From: Anaerolineae bacterium
GTDB taxonomy: Bacteria; Chloroflexota; Anaerolineae; CG2-30-64-16
Assembly (NCBI GenBank): GCA_034433275.1
Contig: DAOUAT010000364.1
Coordinates: 1 to 38,604, forward strand
Direction of reading: 5' to 3'
Length of the DNA stretch: 38,604 nt
Shown piece by piece: positions 1 through 8,279 of this stretch (its first letter is position 1; the number at the start of each line of letters is the position of its first letter). The notes below the pieces were generated by a model. It saw nothing but the letters and a program-made list of their open reading frames with translations. It was not told the origin of the DNA and did no database searches. Both the position numbers and the translations under genes were made by a program.

Positions 1-2230
1 TCGCCCCGGTCGCGCGGCGCGGCCAAAGCATGCGTGCTGCGCAACACGGTGCCCGGCGTCCATACGCTGGCAGACGCTGCAGGTAGCACCGGCTGTGTGA
101 TCGCGCCGACTGCTCGGCCACCCCCTCTCGGAAGCTGATGGTCAGGGCGGGTGTTGTGACAACAGGAGCGCGCACTTCCCACCACAACGTCAACTCCACC
201 GGATCGCCCGGCCGCACGGGGTGATCGGAGATCTGCCAGGCGCGGAGTGCCAGCGAGCCTGCGGCAGGTGCAACAAGCGGCACAAAGGCGGCCGGCAGGT
301 CAGCCCGGCGGAACGTCTGAGTCGCGGCAACCGAGATCTCACCGAGGGTGATCGGCGCGAGGTCCGGCCAATTCTCAAGCGCGCCGTCATCGCGCAGGTA
401 GTAGGGCAGGAGGGCAACGGTGTACGCGCCGGCTGGCGCACCTGATGGCAACCGCAATGCGAGTACCGCCAGGCCCTCGATTCCCGCGCGCAACGTCTCA
501 ACCGGGTACCAGCCGATCACCAGTGGCTCGTTGAGGTGCAACACCGGCCCGCCGTCCACCGGTTTCAATGTCAGGGCCAGAAAGGTTGCGCGCGGTAGAT
601 CGCGGCGGGCCTGCCAGCAGAAGCGTAGCGCCTGAGCCGCTTTCTCGCGCGGTGAAGTATCCATCTCCCAGGCGTTGATCGCCAGCGGCCACGGCTCAGG
701 TGTGGTAAGGGATTGCGCCAACGGTGGACAACTTGTCGTCTGGCCGGAGGGCAACACGCGGATCAGATTGCCCCACGGGATCACAGTGTAACGCGCTGGC
801 AGGTCTGGCGTCCAGCCGTGCAGCGGGCCAGCCAGATAGAGCGGTCGGTCCGTTGCCAGCCAGGGATCGATCACCGTCTCAGCGCCGGGGGGGAAAAGGC
901 CGAGGATCTCGGGGCGGATGCCCTCAGCGTGCTGCAGATACCACATGGGCGTCAGATCGCTCCAATGGGCCAACAGCGCTGCGTCCGGCTCGATAGGATG
1001 CGCCAGGGTCGCGCGCCACCAGCGGCCGGTATCGGTCGCTCGACTTTTGTCGAGTTGGGGGTAACGGATCCAGACCAGCGCCAGCAGAAGCGTCATGGCT
1101 CCCAGGCTCAACATCGCATACGCCAGCCGCCTGAAATGAGGATGCTGAGATGTCAGCGCGGCACTGCCTGCCAGAGCCAAGTCGAGTGCGAACGATGCCA
1201 GGAACACTGCGACCCATGTTGCGGGTAACAGATAAGCGTCATTCTTACCCTGTTGGATATAAGCGACCACTAACGTCAACGTCACGGCGAACCCTGTCAA
1301 CGCCAGGACAAGCGACCGGTCACGCCGCCACAAGCGCGCCAGCCCAAGACCGGCCAGCAAGGCCAGCCACCAGGGAGCATCCACGCGCCAAAACGGCGCC
1401 AAGTCGGTCAGGCGCTGAAATGCTACGCCGAGGCTCTCCCGCGACATGTTTGTCGTGGTGGTGTTGAGGGTGATGTAACTGCGTAGGAGGTCCCACGTCA
1501 ACGCCGGCCGATACCAGACATGGGCCAGCCCGCGCAGCGCCGCCTCTGAGGTCTCTACCCCCGGCGCCAACGGCCACGCGCTCAAGGCCGCCCAGCGCCA
1601 CGGCACATACAAGTAGAGCAGCAACGGCGCCCCGGCCGCCAGCAGCAGCCCAAGCCAGAAGCGCGCATTGCGCCGCGCGGCGGGCATACGCCAGGCCAGG
1701 TAACCGAGCCAGAAGGGACCGAGCACGAGATTTGTCGGGTGAATAGCCAGGCTCAGCCCGAACAGAGCAGCCGAAACATAAGCCGGCGCCCGCCGGGCTG
1801 ATCGGCCCGCTTCCCAGGCGGCCCAGACCAACCCAATCGTCAACGCCAGGTTGATGGTATAACGCTCGGCCACCAGGCTGTATGACCAGAACGTGGGCGC
1901 CAGCGTTGTGAGCCCGGCCGCCAACAGCGCGGGCGCGGTTCGCTGTGTTATCCGGCCCACGAGCCCCGCCGTGAGTGCCACGGCAAGTGCGCCACCTACG
2001 GCAGAGAGCAGGTTCATGCGCCAGGCCAGTGTGCCCAGGGGCAAATGCGACCACGCCCAGCCCAGGAACATGTACAGGGGGAAGCCGTTGGGGTGCGCCA
2101 GGCCCAGTTGCGCAGGGAGGTACTGAAACTCGGCAAAATCGGTGCTGTAGACATCGGGCGCCAGGGCGCCCAGATAGAGCGCCAGCGCCAGGGAGAATGC
2201 CACAGCAGGAATGCCGATTCGTCGCCACAT
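1..2230 (-). CDS. Polytopic membrane protein, DUF2723/TMEM260-like (GT-C type glycosyltransferase family); 3' end lies beyond the window
   Basis: Absent from the ORF track because it runs off the window edge. Manual minus-strand translation from the ATG at 2230 gives MWRRIGIPAVAFSLALALYLGALAPDVYSTDFAEFQYLPAQLGLAHPNGFPLYMFLGWAW... I found no stop down to position 1. It has W/L-rich TM segments. I associate the D..Y..D.AEF...LG.AHP.G.PLY N-terminal motif with DUF2723. The listed ORF 1320..2228(-) is a different, non-coding-looking frame. Confidence 0.6.
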   Translation of the reverse strand, partial: MWRRIGIPAVAFSLALALYLGALAPDVYSTDFAEFQYLPAQLGLAHPNGFPLYMFLGWAWSHLPLGTLAWRMNLLSAVGGALAVALTAGLVGRITQRTAPALLAAGLTTLAPTFWSYSLVAERYTINLALTIGLVWAAWEAGRSARRAPAYVSAALFGLSLAIHPTNLVLGPFWLGYLAWRMPAARRNARFWLGLLLAAGAPLLLYLYVPWRWAALSAWPLAPGVETSEAALRGLAHVWYRPALTWDLLRSYITLNTTTTNMSRESLGVAFQRLTDLAPFWRVDAPWWLALLAGLGLARLWRRDRSLVLALTGFAVTLTLVVAYIQQGKNDAYLLPATWVAVFLASFALDLALAGSAALTSQHPHFRRLAYAMLSLGAMTLLLALVWIRYPQLDKSRATDTGRWWRATLAHPIEPDAALLAHWSDLTPMWYLQHAEGIRPEILGLFPPGAETVIDPWLATDRPLYLAGPLHGWTPDLPARYTVIPWGNLIRVLPSGQTTSCPPLAQSLTTPEPWPLAINAWEMDTSPREKAAQALRFCWQARRDLPRATFLALTLKPVDGGPVLHLNEPLVIGWYPVETLRAGIEGLAVLALRLPSGAPAGAYTVALLPYYLRDDGALENWPDLAPITLGEISVAATQTFRRADLPAAFVPLVAPAAGSLALRAWQISDHPVRPGDPVELTLWWEVRAPVVTTPALTISFREGVAEQSARSHSRCYLQRLPAYGRRAPCCAARMLWPRRATGA

Positions 2231-3752
2231 GATGTCACATTATCCCCACCCGACCCGAAACGACCAAATCATCGCACCAGCATATACCGCATTGCCGGCC
2301 ATCTTGTGTTATAATTCGCCCGTGCTAACCTATCTCGAATCCATCTTTTTCCATCCCGATCGGCGCATCGCGCATGGGAGCCGGGCCGCGTTACTGCTGC
2401 TCGGTGCACTGGCGGCCGCGCTGCTGGTCGCTCTGGCCGGGCCAATTTACAGCATCGTCGCCATCGTGGTGATCGTCGCTGCCCTGCTGATCCTGCGCGA
2501 TATCCGCTGGGGGCTGGCCGCGCTGTTCGCGGTGATCGGCCTGCTGCCGTTCGCGGCGCTGCCGTTCAAGATCGGCTTCACGCCGACGTTCCTGGACGTC
2601 GCGCTGCTGGCGATCTACCTGGTGTGGGTGCTGCGGATCGCCACGCGACGCGACCGCGAGCTCATCGGCACGCCCCTGGGCGCGGCCGTGCTGTTCTTCT
2701 TGCTCATGGCGATCTTCTCCTTCGCCAACGGGCTGCGCTACAGCCGGCCCACCAGCACCGTCATCCGCAACTTCGCCGAGCTGGCGCTGGCCATCAGCTT
2801 CTTCTTCGTGCTGGTGAACACGCTGCGCCGCCGGGCCGATGTACACCTGCTGGCGCGCATGGTGCTGTTGGCCGGCGCGGCGGCCGCGGCCATCGCCGTG
2901 ATCTTCTACGTGATCCCCGAAGCCTGGACGATCCGCGTGCTGGATGCCCTGGCCCGCTTCAACTATCCGGGCGGCGTGGGCGCGCTGCGCTACATCGAAG
3001 ATGATCCTGCCAACCCCATGCGCGCCATCGGCACCATGGTGGACCCCAACGTGCTCGGCGGCTTCCTGATCCTGGTGGCCGGCTTGACTGCGCCGCAGGT
3101 CGTCAGCCCCGCGCCGCTGTTCCGCCGCCGGTGGGTCGCCACCTTCTTGGGCCTTGAACTGCTGGCATTGTATTTGACCTACAGCCGCGGTTCTCTGGTC
3201 GGCCTGGCGGCCGGGCTGCTGGTCATCGGCGTGCTGCGCTATCGCAAGCTGCTGCTGGTCGGCGCGGTCGGCGCGGCGTTGCTCCTGCTGCTGCCCCCCG
3301 CCCAGGCCTACGTGGCCCACTTCATCGAGGGCATCCAACTTCAGGATCGGGCGACGTTGATGCGCCTGGGCGAGTACAAGGACGCGCTGGCCCTCATCAG
3401 CCGCTATCCGGTGTTGGGGGTGGGATTCGCCGGCTCACCAGACGCAGACCTGTATGTGGGGGTCTCGAACCTGTACCTGCTGATGGCCGAGATCATGGGC
3501 ATCATCGGGGTCGCAGCGTTCCTGGTGGTGGTAATCGGCTACCTGGGCAGCCTATGGCGCGCCTGGCGACAGGTGACCGATCCAAATCTGGAGGCGCTGC
3601 TGCTGGGGCTGGGCGGCGCCATCGTGGGCGCGCTGGCCGGCGGCATCTTCGACCACTACCTGTTCAACCTCGTCTACCCGCACATGTCGGTGATGCTGTG
3701 GACCTACATCGGCCTGGGTATGGCGACGGCCAGACTGGCGAAGGAGCACTGA
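2211..3752 (+). CDS. O-antigen ligase / Wzy_C-family polytopic membrane protein (true start probably GTG 2322)
   Basis: About 10-12 hydrophobic segments. The central motif LTYSRGSLVGLAAGLLV is typical of the O-antigen ligase (Wzy_C) domain. The first ~37 codons of the ORF overlap the divergent gene start at 2230 and look non-coding. Confidence 0.6.
   Translation: MPIRRHMMSHYPHPTRNDQIIAPAYTALPAILCYNSPVLTYLESIFFHPDRRIAHGSRAALLLLGALAAALLVALAGPIYSIVAIVVIVAALLILRDIRWGLAALFAVIGLLPFAALPFKIGFTPTFLDVALLAIYLVWVLRIATRRDRELIGTPLGAAVLFFLLMAIFSFANGLRYSRPTSTVIRNFAELALAISFFFVLVNTLRRRADVHLLARMVLLAGAAAAAIAVIFYVIPEAWTIRVLDALARFNYPGGVGALRYIEDDPANPMRAIGTMVDPNVLGGFLILVAGLTAPQVVSPAPLFRRRWVATFLGLELLALYLTYSRGSLVGLAAGLLVIGVLRYRKLLLVGAVGAALLLLLPPAQAYVAHFIEGIQLQDRATLMRLGEYKDALALISRYPVLGVGFAGSPDADLYVGVSNLYLLMAEIMGIIGVAAFLVVVIGYLGSLWRAWRQVTDPNLEALLLGLGGAIVGALAGGIFDHYLFNLVYPHMSVMLWTYIGLGMATARLAKEH
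2307..2315 (+). promoter_or_regulatory. Candidate extended -10 element (TGtTATAAT) in the divergent intergenic region
   Basis: TGTTATAAT at 2307..2315, 6 nt upstream of the in-frame GTG at 2322. No SD lies between them, so a leaderless or short-leader transcript is possible. I found no convincing -35. Confidence 0.25.
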
Positions 3753-3794
3753 GGACAGAAAAACTCCTGCCTGTTAGTTTCTGCTAAACTGGAG

Positions 3795-3823
3795 TTGTAT
3801 CCCGGCTTGCTTTATGGTATAGT
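3795..3823 (+). promoter_or_regulatory. Candidate sigma70-type promoter: TTGTAT(-35), 17 nt spacer, TGgTATAGT (extended -10)
   Basis: TTGTAT at 3795..3800 and TATAGT at 3818..3823, preceded by TGg. The spacer is 17 nt. The site lies in the AT-richer gap upstream of the STAS gene, which has AGGAGG at 3881..3886 and ATG at 3895. Confidence 0.35.
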
Positions 3824-3894
3824 CTCCTTGCTCACATGAGCCCCGACAACCTTTTTGCGCAGCGCGAGCTTGATTCCCAAAGGAGGCAATCGTT

Positions 3895-4230
3895 ATGGAC
3901 TTCACGAGCGTCGATCTCAAACGATGTACGCTGGCCCGGATCAGTGGCCGCATTGATGGCAGCGTGGCCCCGGAGTTGGGCAACCAACTGCGTGACCTGA
4001 TGGACTCAGGTCGCTTCAAACTGATCCTGAACATGAAGGATGTCAGTTATGTCTCTAGTGCGGCGCTGCGCGAGCTGATCGCCACCTGGAAAAACTGCCG
4101 GCGCTGGAATCGCGGCGACTTGCGCCTGGCTGAGGTCAACCCGAACATCCAGAAAGTCCTCGAACTCACAGGCTTGAACCGCCAGTTTTTGCTTTTCGAT
4201 ACAGAGGCCGAGGCCGTCGGCAGCTATTAG
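3895..4230 (+). CDS. STAS-domain anti-sigma-factor antagonist (SpoIIAA/RsbV-like)
   Basis: 111 aa with strong SD. The pattern ...LNMKDVSYVSSAALRELI...LRLAEVNPNIQKVLELTGLNRQF... is the classic STAS fold signature. It includes the phosphorylatable Ser in the DVSYVSSAAL context. Confidence 0.8.
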   Translation: MDFTSVDLKRCTLARISGRIDGSVAPELGNQLRDLMDSGRFKLILNMKDVSYVSSAALRELIATWKNCRRWNRGDLRLAEVNPNIQKVLELTGLNRQFLLFDTEAEAVGSY

Positions 4231-4344
4231 GCCGGCCAACGGTACTGGCGTATGGTGTGCGAAGCTGGGGGCCGTCGTTCAGCCGACCGCCAGCTTCCCT
4301 TCTCTTTATCTGCCTTATCCCCGCCTGAGGATACTATAACGCCG

Positions 4345-4806
4345 ATGCCGCCCTCTCAACGCGAGGCAACTTTTGCCAGCAAGATGACCGTCCTGCCGGA
4401 TATCCTGGCGTTTGTTGAAGAGGCGTGCGCGACAGCCGGCGTCGCCCCGACACTGCTCTTTGACCTGCAACTGGCGACTGAGGAAGCGTGTAGCAACGTC
4501 ATCGAGCATGCCTATCGCGGCAAGCGCGGGGTGTTCCGCCTCACGTTTACGGTCGAGAACCGCGACGTGATCATCACGCTGCACGATCAGGGGCGGCCTT
4601 TTGATCCTCAAGCCGTTACCAAACCCGACCCGACCCGACCACTAAACGAGCGGCCCATCGGCGGCCTGGGGTTGTACCTCATCTATCAGTTGATGGACGA
4701 TGTCCGCTTCAGCTTTGACGCCTCGGGCAACACCCTGGTGTTGGTGAAGCGCAACGCGATCGTGGATCACGCAGGCGCCTGCTGCGAGAAAACTGCCGAT
4801 GCATGA
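4345..4806 (+). CDS. Anti-sigma regulatory factor, Ser/Thr protein kinase (RsbW/SpoIIAB-like, HATPase_c_2)
   Basis: The ATEEACSNVIEHAY N-box-like motif, GGLGLYLIYQLMDDV and the ~150 aa size fit this family. The ORF is open from 4252, but ATG 4345 (MPPSQ...) follows GAGGA and gives the expected length. Confidence 0.7.
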   Translation: MPPSQREATFASKMTVLPDILAFVEEACATAGVAPTLLFDLQLATEEACSNVIEHAYRGKRGVFRLTFTVENRDVIITLHDQGRPFDPQAVTKPDPTRPLNERPIGGLGLYLIYQLMDDVRFSFDASGNTLVLVKRNAIVDHAGACCEKTADA

Positions 4807-7726
4807 GCCGACTGCTGCTGGCGCCCGACCCGCTCAGGGCCGCACGATGGCTCGCCGGTACGCTGAGCTTGCGACACTGGCCGAGATCGGCCGCGCGATT
4901 GTGCAGGCGCCGCTGGATCAGGACGCGCTCTGCGAGTTGATCCACAGCCTGGCCGGCCGCATCGTCCCCACTGAAAGTTTCCAACTGGGCCTGTTCCAGG
5001 GTGATCGCTATCACATCAAGGTTTGGTTTAAGGACGGTGTGCGCCAACCGCCCGCAACTTTCACGGTGCCGCCCGGGCAAGGTCTTGTGGGATGGGTGCG
5101 CAGCTCCCACCAGTCGTTGTTAGTGCAGGATTTCCAGGTCGAGATGGATCGGTTGCCGGCCCGTCCTATCTACATCAGCGATCAACCGCCCCGCTCGGCC
5201 ATCTTTCTCCCCATGCTGGTCGGCGACGAGGTGATCGGCGCCGTGTCCATCCAAAGCCCGCAGCCGGTCGCCTTCAATGAACGGCATCTGCGACTCCTGT
5301 CTATCCTGGCCAATCAATCTGCCTCGGCCATCAACAACGCACGCCTGTATGCACACGGCCAGCGGCGCCTCAACGACTTACTGGCCGTCGCTGAGGTGGG
5401 CCGTCGTCTCACCAGTATCCTCGAGCTGGACCGCCTGCTGACCGAAGTGGTGGAACTGATCCAGTCGCGGTTCGGCTACTATCACGTCCAGATCTTCCTG
5501 GTGGAACAGGACGGCCGCGCCATGTTCAAGGCCAGTAAGTCATCGCCCACGGGCAGCGATCACGCGTTAAACGAGCGGTGGCGTAGCGAAGGCCGTTCCA
5601 TGCACATCGGGGCGGAAGGGATCATCGGCTGGGTGGCGCAACATGGTGAGCTGTTCCTGGCCGGCGATGTTGCGGCCGAGCCGCGCTACGTGCCCGATGA
5701 CCCGCGGCTGCTGCCCGACACCCGCTCGGAACTGGCCGTGCCATTACGCGTCGAGGATGAAGTCCTCGGTGTTTTAGACGTCCAGAGCACAGCCGTGGAC
5801 GCGTTTGGCCCGGACGACGTTTTCATCTTGCGCACCCTGGCCGACCAGGTGGCTGTAGCGGTCAGCTCGGCGCGCGCCTACGAAGCGCAACGGGAAGAAG
5901 CCTGGGTCACGACGGTCATGCTGCAGGTCGCCGAGGCAACGAGCCAGGCTACCGGTGTGGATGCGGTGCTAGAGGCCGCTGTGCGCGTGACAGCGATGTT
6001 GGCCGGCGTCGAATCCACCTCGATCTGGCTGCTGGATGATGAATACGGCGCCTTTTTCTACGGCGCCTCATTCGGCATGAACCTGGCCGATGTGACCGAC
6101 CCCGCGCTGACGCTGCGCATGATGCCGGGGGAATGGCCGGCCTTGGATCGCTTACGCACCACCCACGCACCCGTTGTTCTCGTCCTGGCTGACTTGCCGG
6201 CGCCCTTGCGCGCCAGTTGCCCCGGCGAGGACATGGTGCTGCTGCCCTTGATGAACCAGGGGCAGGTGTTTGGCGTGATGGGCGCCAGTTTCAGCCCGGA
6301 GCGCGCCGCGGCCCTGGACGAGCGCCGCCTGGCCATGCTGAGCGGCATCGCCCACCAGGTCGCGGCCGCGGTGGATAACAGCCGCCTTTCGGCCGCGCGG
6401 GAGGAAGAAGCCCGCATCTCCCTGGTGCTGCTGCAAGTGGCCGAGGCGATGCGCCGGCTGCAGCCGGTTCAGGTGACGTTGGAACTGGTGACGCGGCTGG
6501 CCCCCTCGCTCACAGGCGTTGACCGGTGCGCAGCCCTACTGTTGGATGATGATCGCTGTTTCCATGTGCGCACGGTGTACGCCCGGCGCGAAAACCTGGC
6601 CGACGCCTATCAAGGGGCGGTGATTGCGCCCGGCGACCTGCCCTTGCTGGATGACGCCTGTCGCCTGGGCCAACCGTTGGTGGTCAACGATACGGCTGAT
6701 AACCCCTACATCCCGCCTGCGTGGCGCCAACGGTTCGGCAGCCGCACCATCCTGGTGGTGCCGCTGCTGGTAGCCGACGAGCCCATCGGCGCGCTGCTGG
6801 CCGACGATGTGGACGCCACCCACATGTTCAGCTTGCGCCGCGTCCGCATCCTCAGCGGGATCGCCAGCCAGGCGGCGGTCGCCATCGAAAACACGCGCCT
6901 GCAGGCGCAAGAGGCCGAGCGCGCGCGGTTGAGCCGCGAGCTGGAATTGGCGCACGCGATCCAACTCAACCTCCTGCCGCAGGTCGCACCCACCGTGCCC
7001 GGCTATCAAATTGCCTACCGTTGGCGCTCGGCGCGTGAGGTGGGCGGTGACTTTTTCGACTTCATTCCCCTGGCTGATCGGCGTCTGGGCCTGGTCGTGG
7101 CTGACGTCTCCGACAAGGGCGTGCCGGCCGCGCTCTACATGATGTTCGCGCGCACCTTGCTGCGCGCCGTCGCCTTCAGCGGCCGGACCCCGGCTGCCGC
7201 CTTGCAGCGCGCCAACGAGCTCATCCTGTCCGATAGCACCTCCGACATGTTCATCACGGCTTACTACAGCGTGTTGGACACCGCGGCCCATCGGTTAACC
7301 TATGCCAGCGGCGGCCACAACCTGGCCTTTTATGCGCCGGCGGACGGGTGCCAGGTCGAGGAGATGATCACGGCCGGGATCGCGCTGGGCATCGTGGAGC
7401 AGACCGATATCGAGCAAAAATCTTTGGACCTGCGCCCAGGCGATGTGGTGCTCTTCTACACTGACGGCGCGATTGACACGTTGAACGCCGCCGGCGAGGC
7501 GTTCGGCGAAGAGCGTCTTCGTGACATCCTGTGCGATCATCGCCACGAGCCGGCCGAGACCATCGCCGCAGCCATTGACAATGCGGTGCAGGCTTTTGCC
7601 GGCGATCAGGCGCAGTATGACGATTTCACCCTGGTGTTGGTCAAACGGGATCAGGTGGTCCCACGTGCGACACGGCCGGCCCGCCGCCGATCCACACCAG
7701 CCAATCGCGAGCGGAACCTCGCGTAA
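4799..7726 (+). CDS. Multi-GAF-domain PPM/PP2C-type (SpoIIE/RsbU-like) serine phosphatase
   Basis: 975 aa with four or so repeated GAF-like blocks (...LAVPL...VLGVLDVQS...F..DD...L..LA.Q.AVAI.NARL...). The C-terminal SpoIIE domain shows SAREVGGDFFDFIPL..RLGLVVADVSDKGVPAALYM...GGHN...GDVVLFYTDG...DDFTLVLV. The start overlaps the upstream stop by 8 nt. An alternative start is ATG 4847. Confidence 0.8.
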   Translation: MHEPTAAGARPAQGRTMARRYAELATLAEIGRAIVQAPLDQDALCELIHSLAGRIVPTESFQLGLFQGDRYHIKVWFKDGVRQPPATFTVPPGQGLVGWVRSSHQSLLVQDFQVEMDRLPARPIYISDQPPRSAIFLPMLVGDEVIGAVSIQSPQPVAFNERHLRLLSILANQSASAINNARLYAHGQRRLNDLLAVAEVGRRLTSILELDRLLTEVVELIQSRFGYYHVQIFLVEQDGRAMFKASKSSPTGSDHALNERWRSEGRSMHIGAEGIIGWVAQHGELFLAGDVAAEPRYVPDDPRLLPDTRSELAVPLRVEDEVLGVLDVQSTAVDAFGPDDVFILRTLADQVAVAVSSARAYEAQREEAWVTTVMLQVAEATSQATGVDAVLEAAVRVTAMLAGVESTSIWLLDDEYGAFFYGASFGMNLADVTDPALTLRMMPGEWPALDRLRTTHAPVVLVLADLPAPLRASCPGEDMVLLPLMNQGQVFGVMGASFSPERAAALDERRLAMLSGIAHQVAAAVDNSRLSAAREEEARISLVLLQVAEAMRRLQPVQVTLELVTRLAPSLTGVDRCAALLLDDDRCFHVRTVYARRENLADAYQGAVIAPGDLPLLDDACRLGQPLVVNDTADNPYIPPAWRQRFGSRTILVVPLLVADEPIGALLADDVDATHMFSLRRVRILSGIASQAAVAIENTRLQAQEAERARLSRELELAHAIQLNLLPQVAPTVPGYQIAYRWRSAREVGGDFFDFIPLADRRLGLVVADVSDKGVPAALYMMFARTLLRAVAFSGRTPAAALQRANELILSDSTSDMFITAYYSVLDTAAHRLTYASGGHNLAFYAPADGCQVEEMITAGIALGIVEQTDIEQKSLDLRPGDVVLFYTDGAIDTLNAAGEAFGEERLRDILCDHRHEPAETIAAAIDNAVQAFAGDQAQYDDFTLVLVKRDQVVPRATRPARRRSTPANRERNLA

Positions 7727-7880
7727 TCATACCCCGCACACAGGGCTGCACCCAACCCTTTTCCGCTCCCTGGCTTCGATATGACCCACATCATTTGTCC
7801 GCCTGGCAACTCGTGATAAGTTGTATGTGCACTCACAATCCAGGCCGTATGCACCTTATATTTTAGCGTGGGAGCGCACA

Positions 7881-8258
7881 ATGGCTAAAATTCTTGTAGT
7901 AGATGATGATCCCGATTTCGTGGAGATGACCCGTCTTGTGCTGGAGCGGGCTGGCCACCAGGTGTTAGCAGCCAACAGCGGCGACGAAGGCTATACCCGC
8001 GCGCGCGCAGAGCGGCCAGATCTGATGATCCTGGATGTGATCATGGATAGCGTGCTGGATGGCGTTTCGACCAGCCAGCGCGTGCATGATGATCCAGAGC
8101 TGCAGGGCTTACCTGTGATTATGGTGACATCCATCGCCAATACAGACTACGCCGAGTTGTTCCCGACCGACGAATACATCCACATTGATGCCTTCTTGAG
8201 CAAACCCGTCACGCCAGCCTCCTTGCTGCGCCAGGTAGATCGCCTGTTGGCCCGGTAA
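7881..8258 (+). CDS. Stand-alone response-regulator receiver (REC) protein
   Basis: MAKILVVDDDPDF...PDLMILDVIM...PVIMVTSI...DAFLSKP. The acidic pocket, phospho-Asp (LDVIM), T/S and KP Lys are all present and there is no output domain. GGGAG lies 6 nt upstream of ATG 7881. The ORF is open from 7821. Confidence 0.8.
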   Translation: MAKILVVDDDPDFVEMTRLVLERAGHQVLAANSGDEGYTRARAERPDLMILDVIMDSVLDGVSTSQRVHDDPELQGLPVIMVTSIANTDYAELFPTDEYIHIDAFLSKPVTPASLLRQVDRLLAR

Positions 8259-8279
8259 GGTGACAGATTCGAGATTGCG

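Noticed and set aside
1320-2228. Listed 302-aa minus-strand ORF (and the + strand ORFs 713..1228 and 724..996) as the gene in the left 2.2 kb
   Set aside because: Their translations are Arg/Ala/Gly/Pro-rich with no TM or domain pattern. A different minus-strand frame, starting at 2230 and open to the window edge, gives a coherent polytopic membrane protein with a recognisable N-terminal motif.
7727-7880. Promoter calls upstream of the first REC gene (TTGTCC-16-TAAGTT, or a TATATT -10)
   Set aside because: Several weak alternatives exist and none has both hexamers close to consensus. I preferred not to report a feature.
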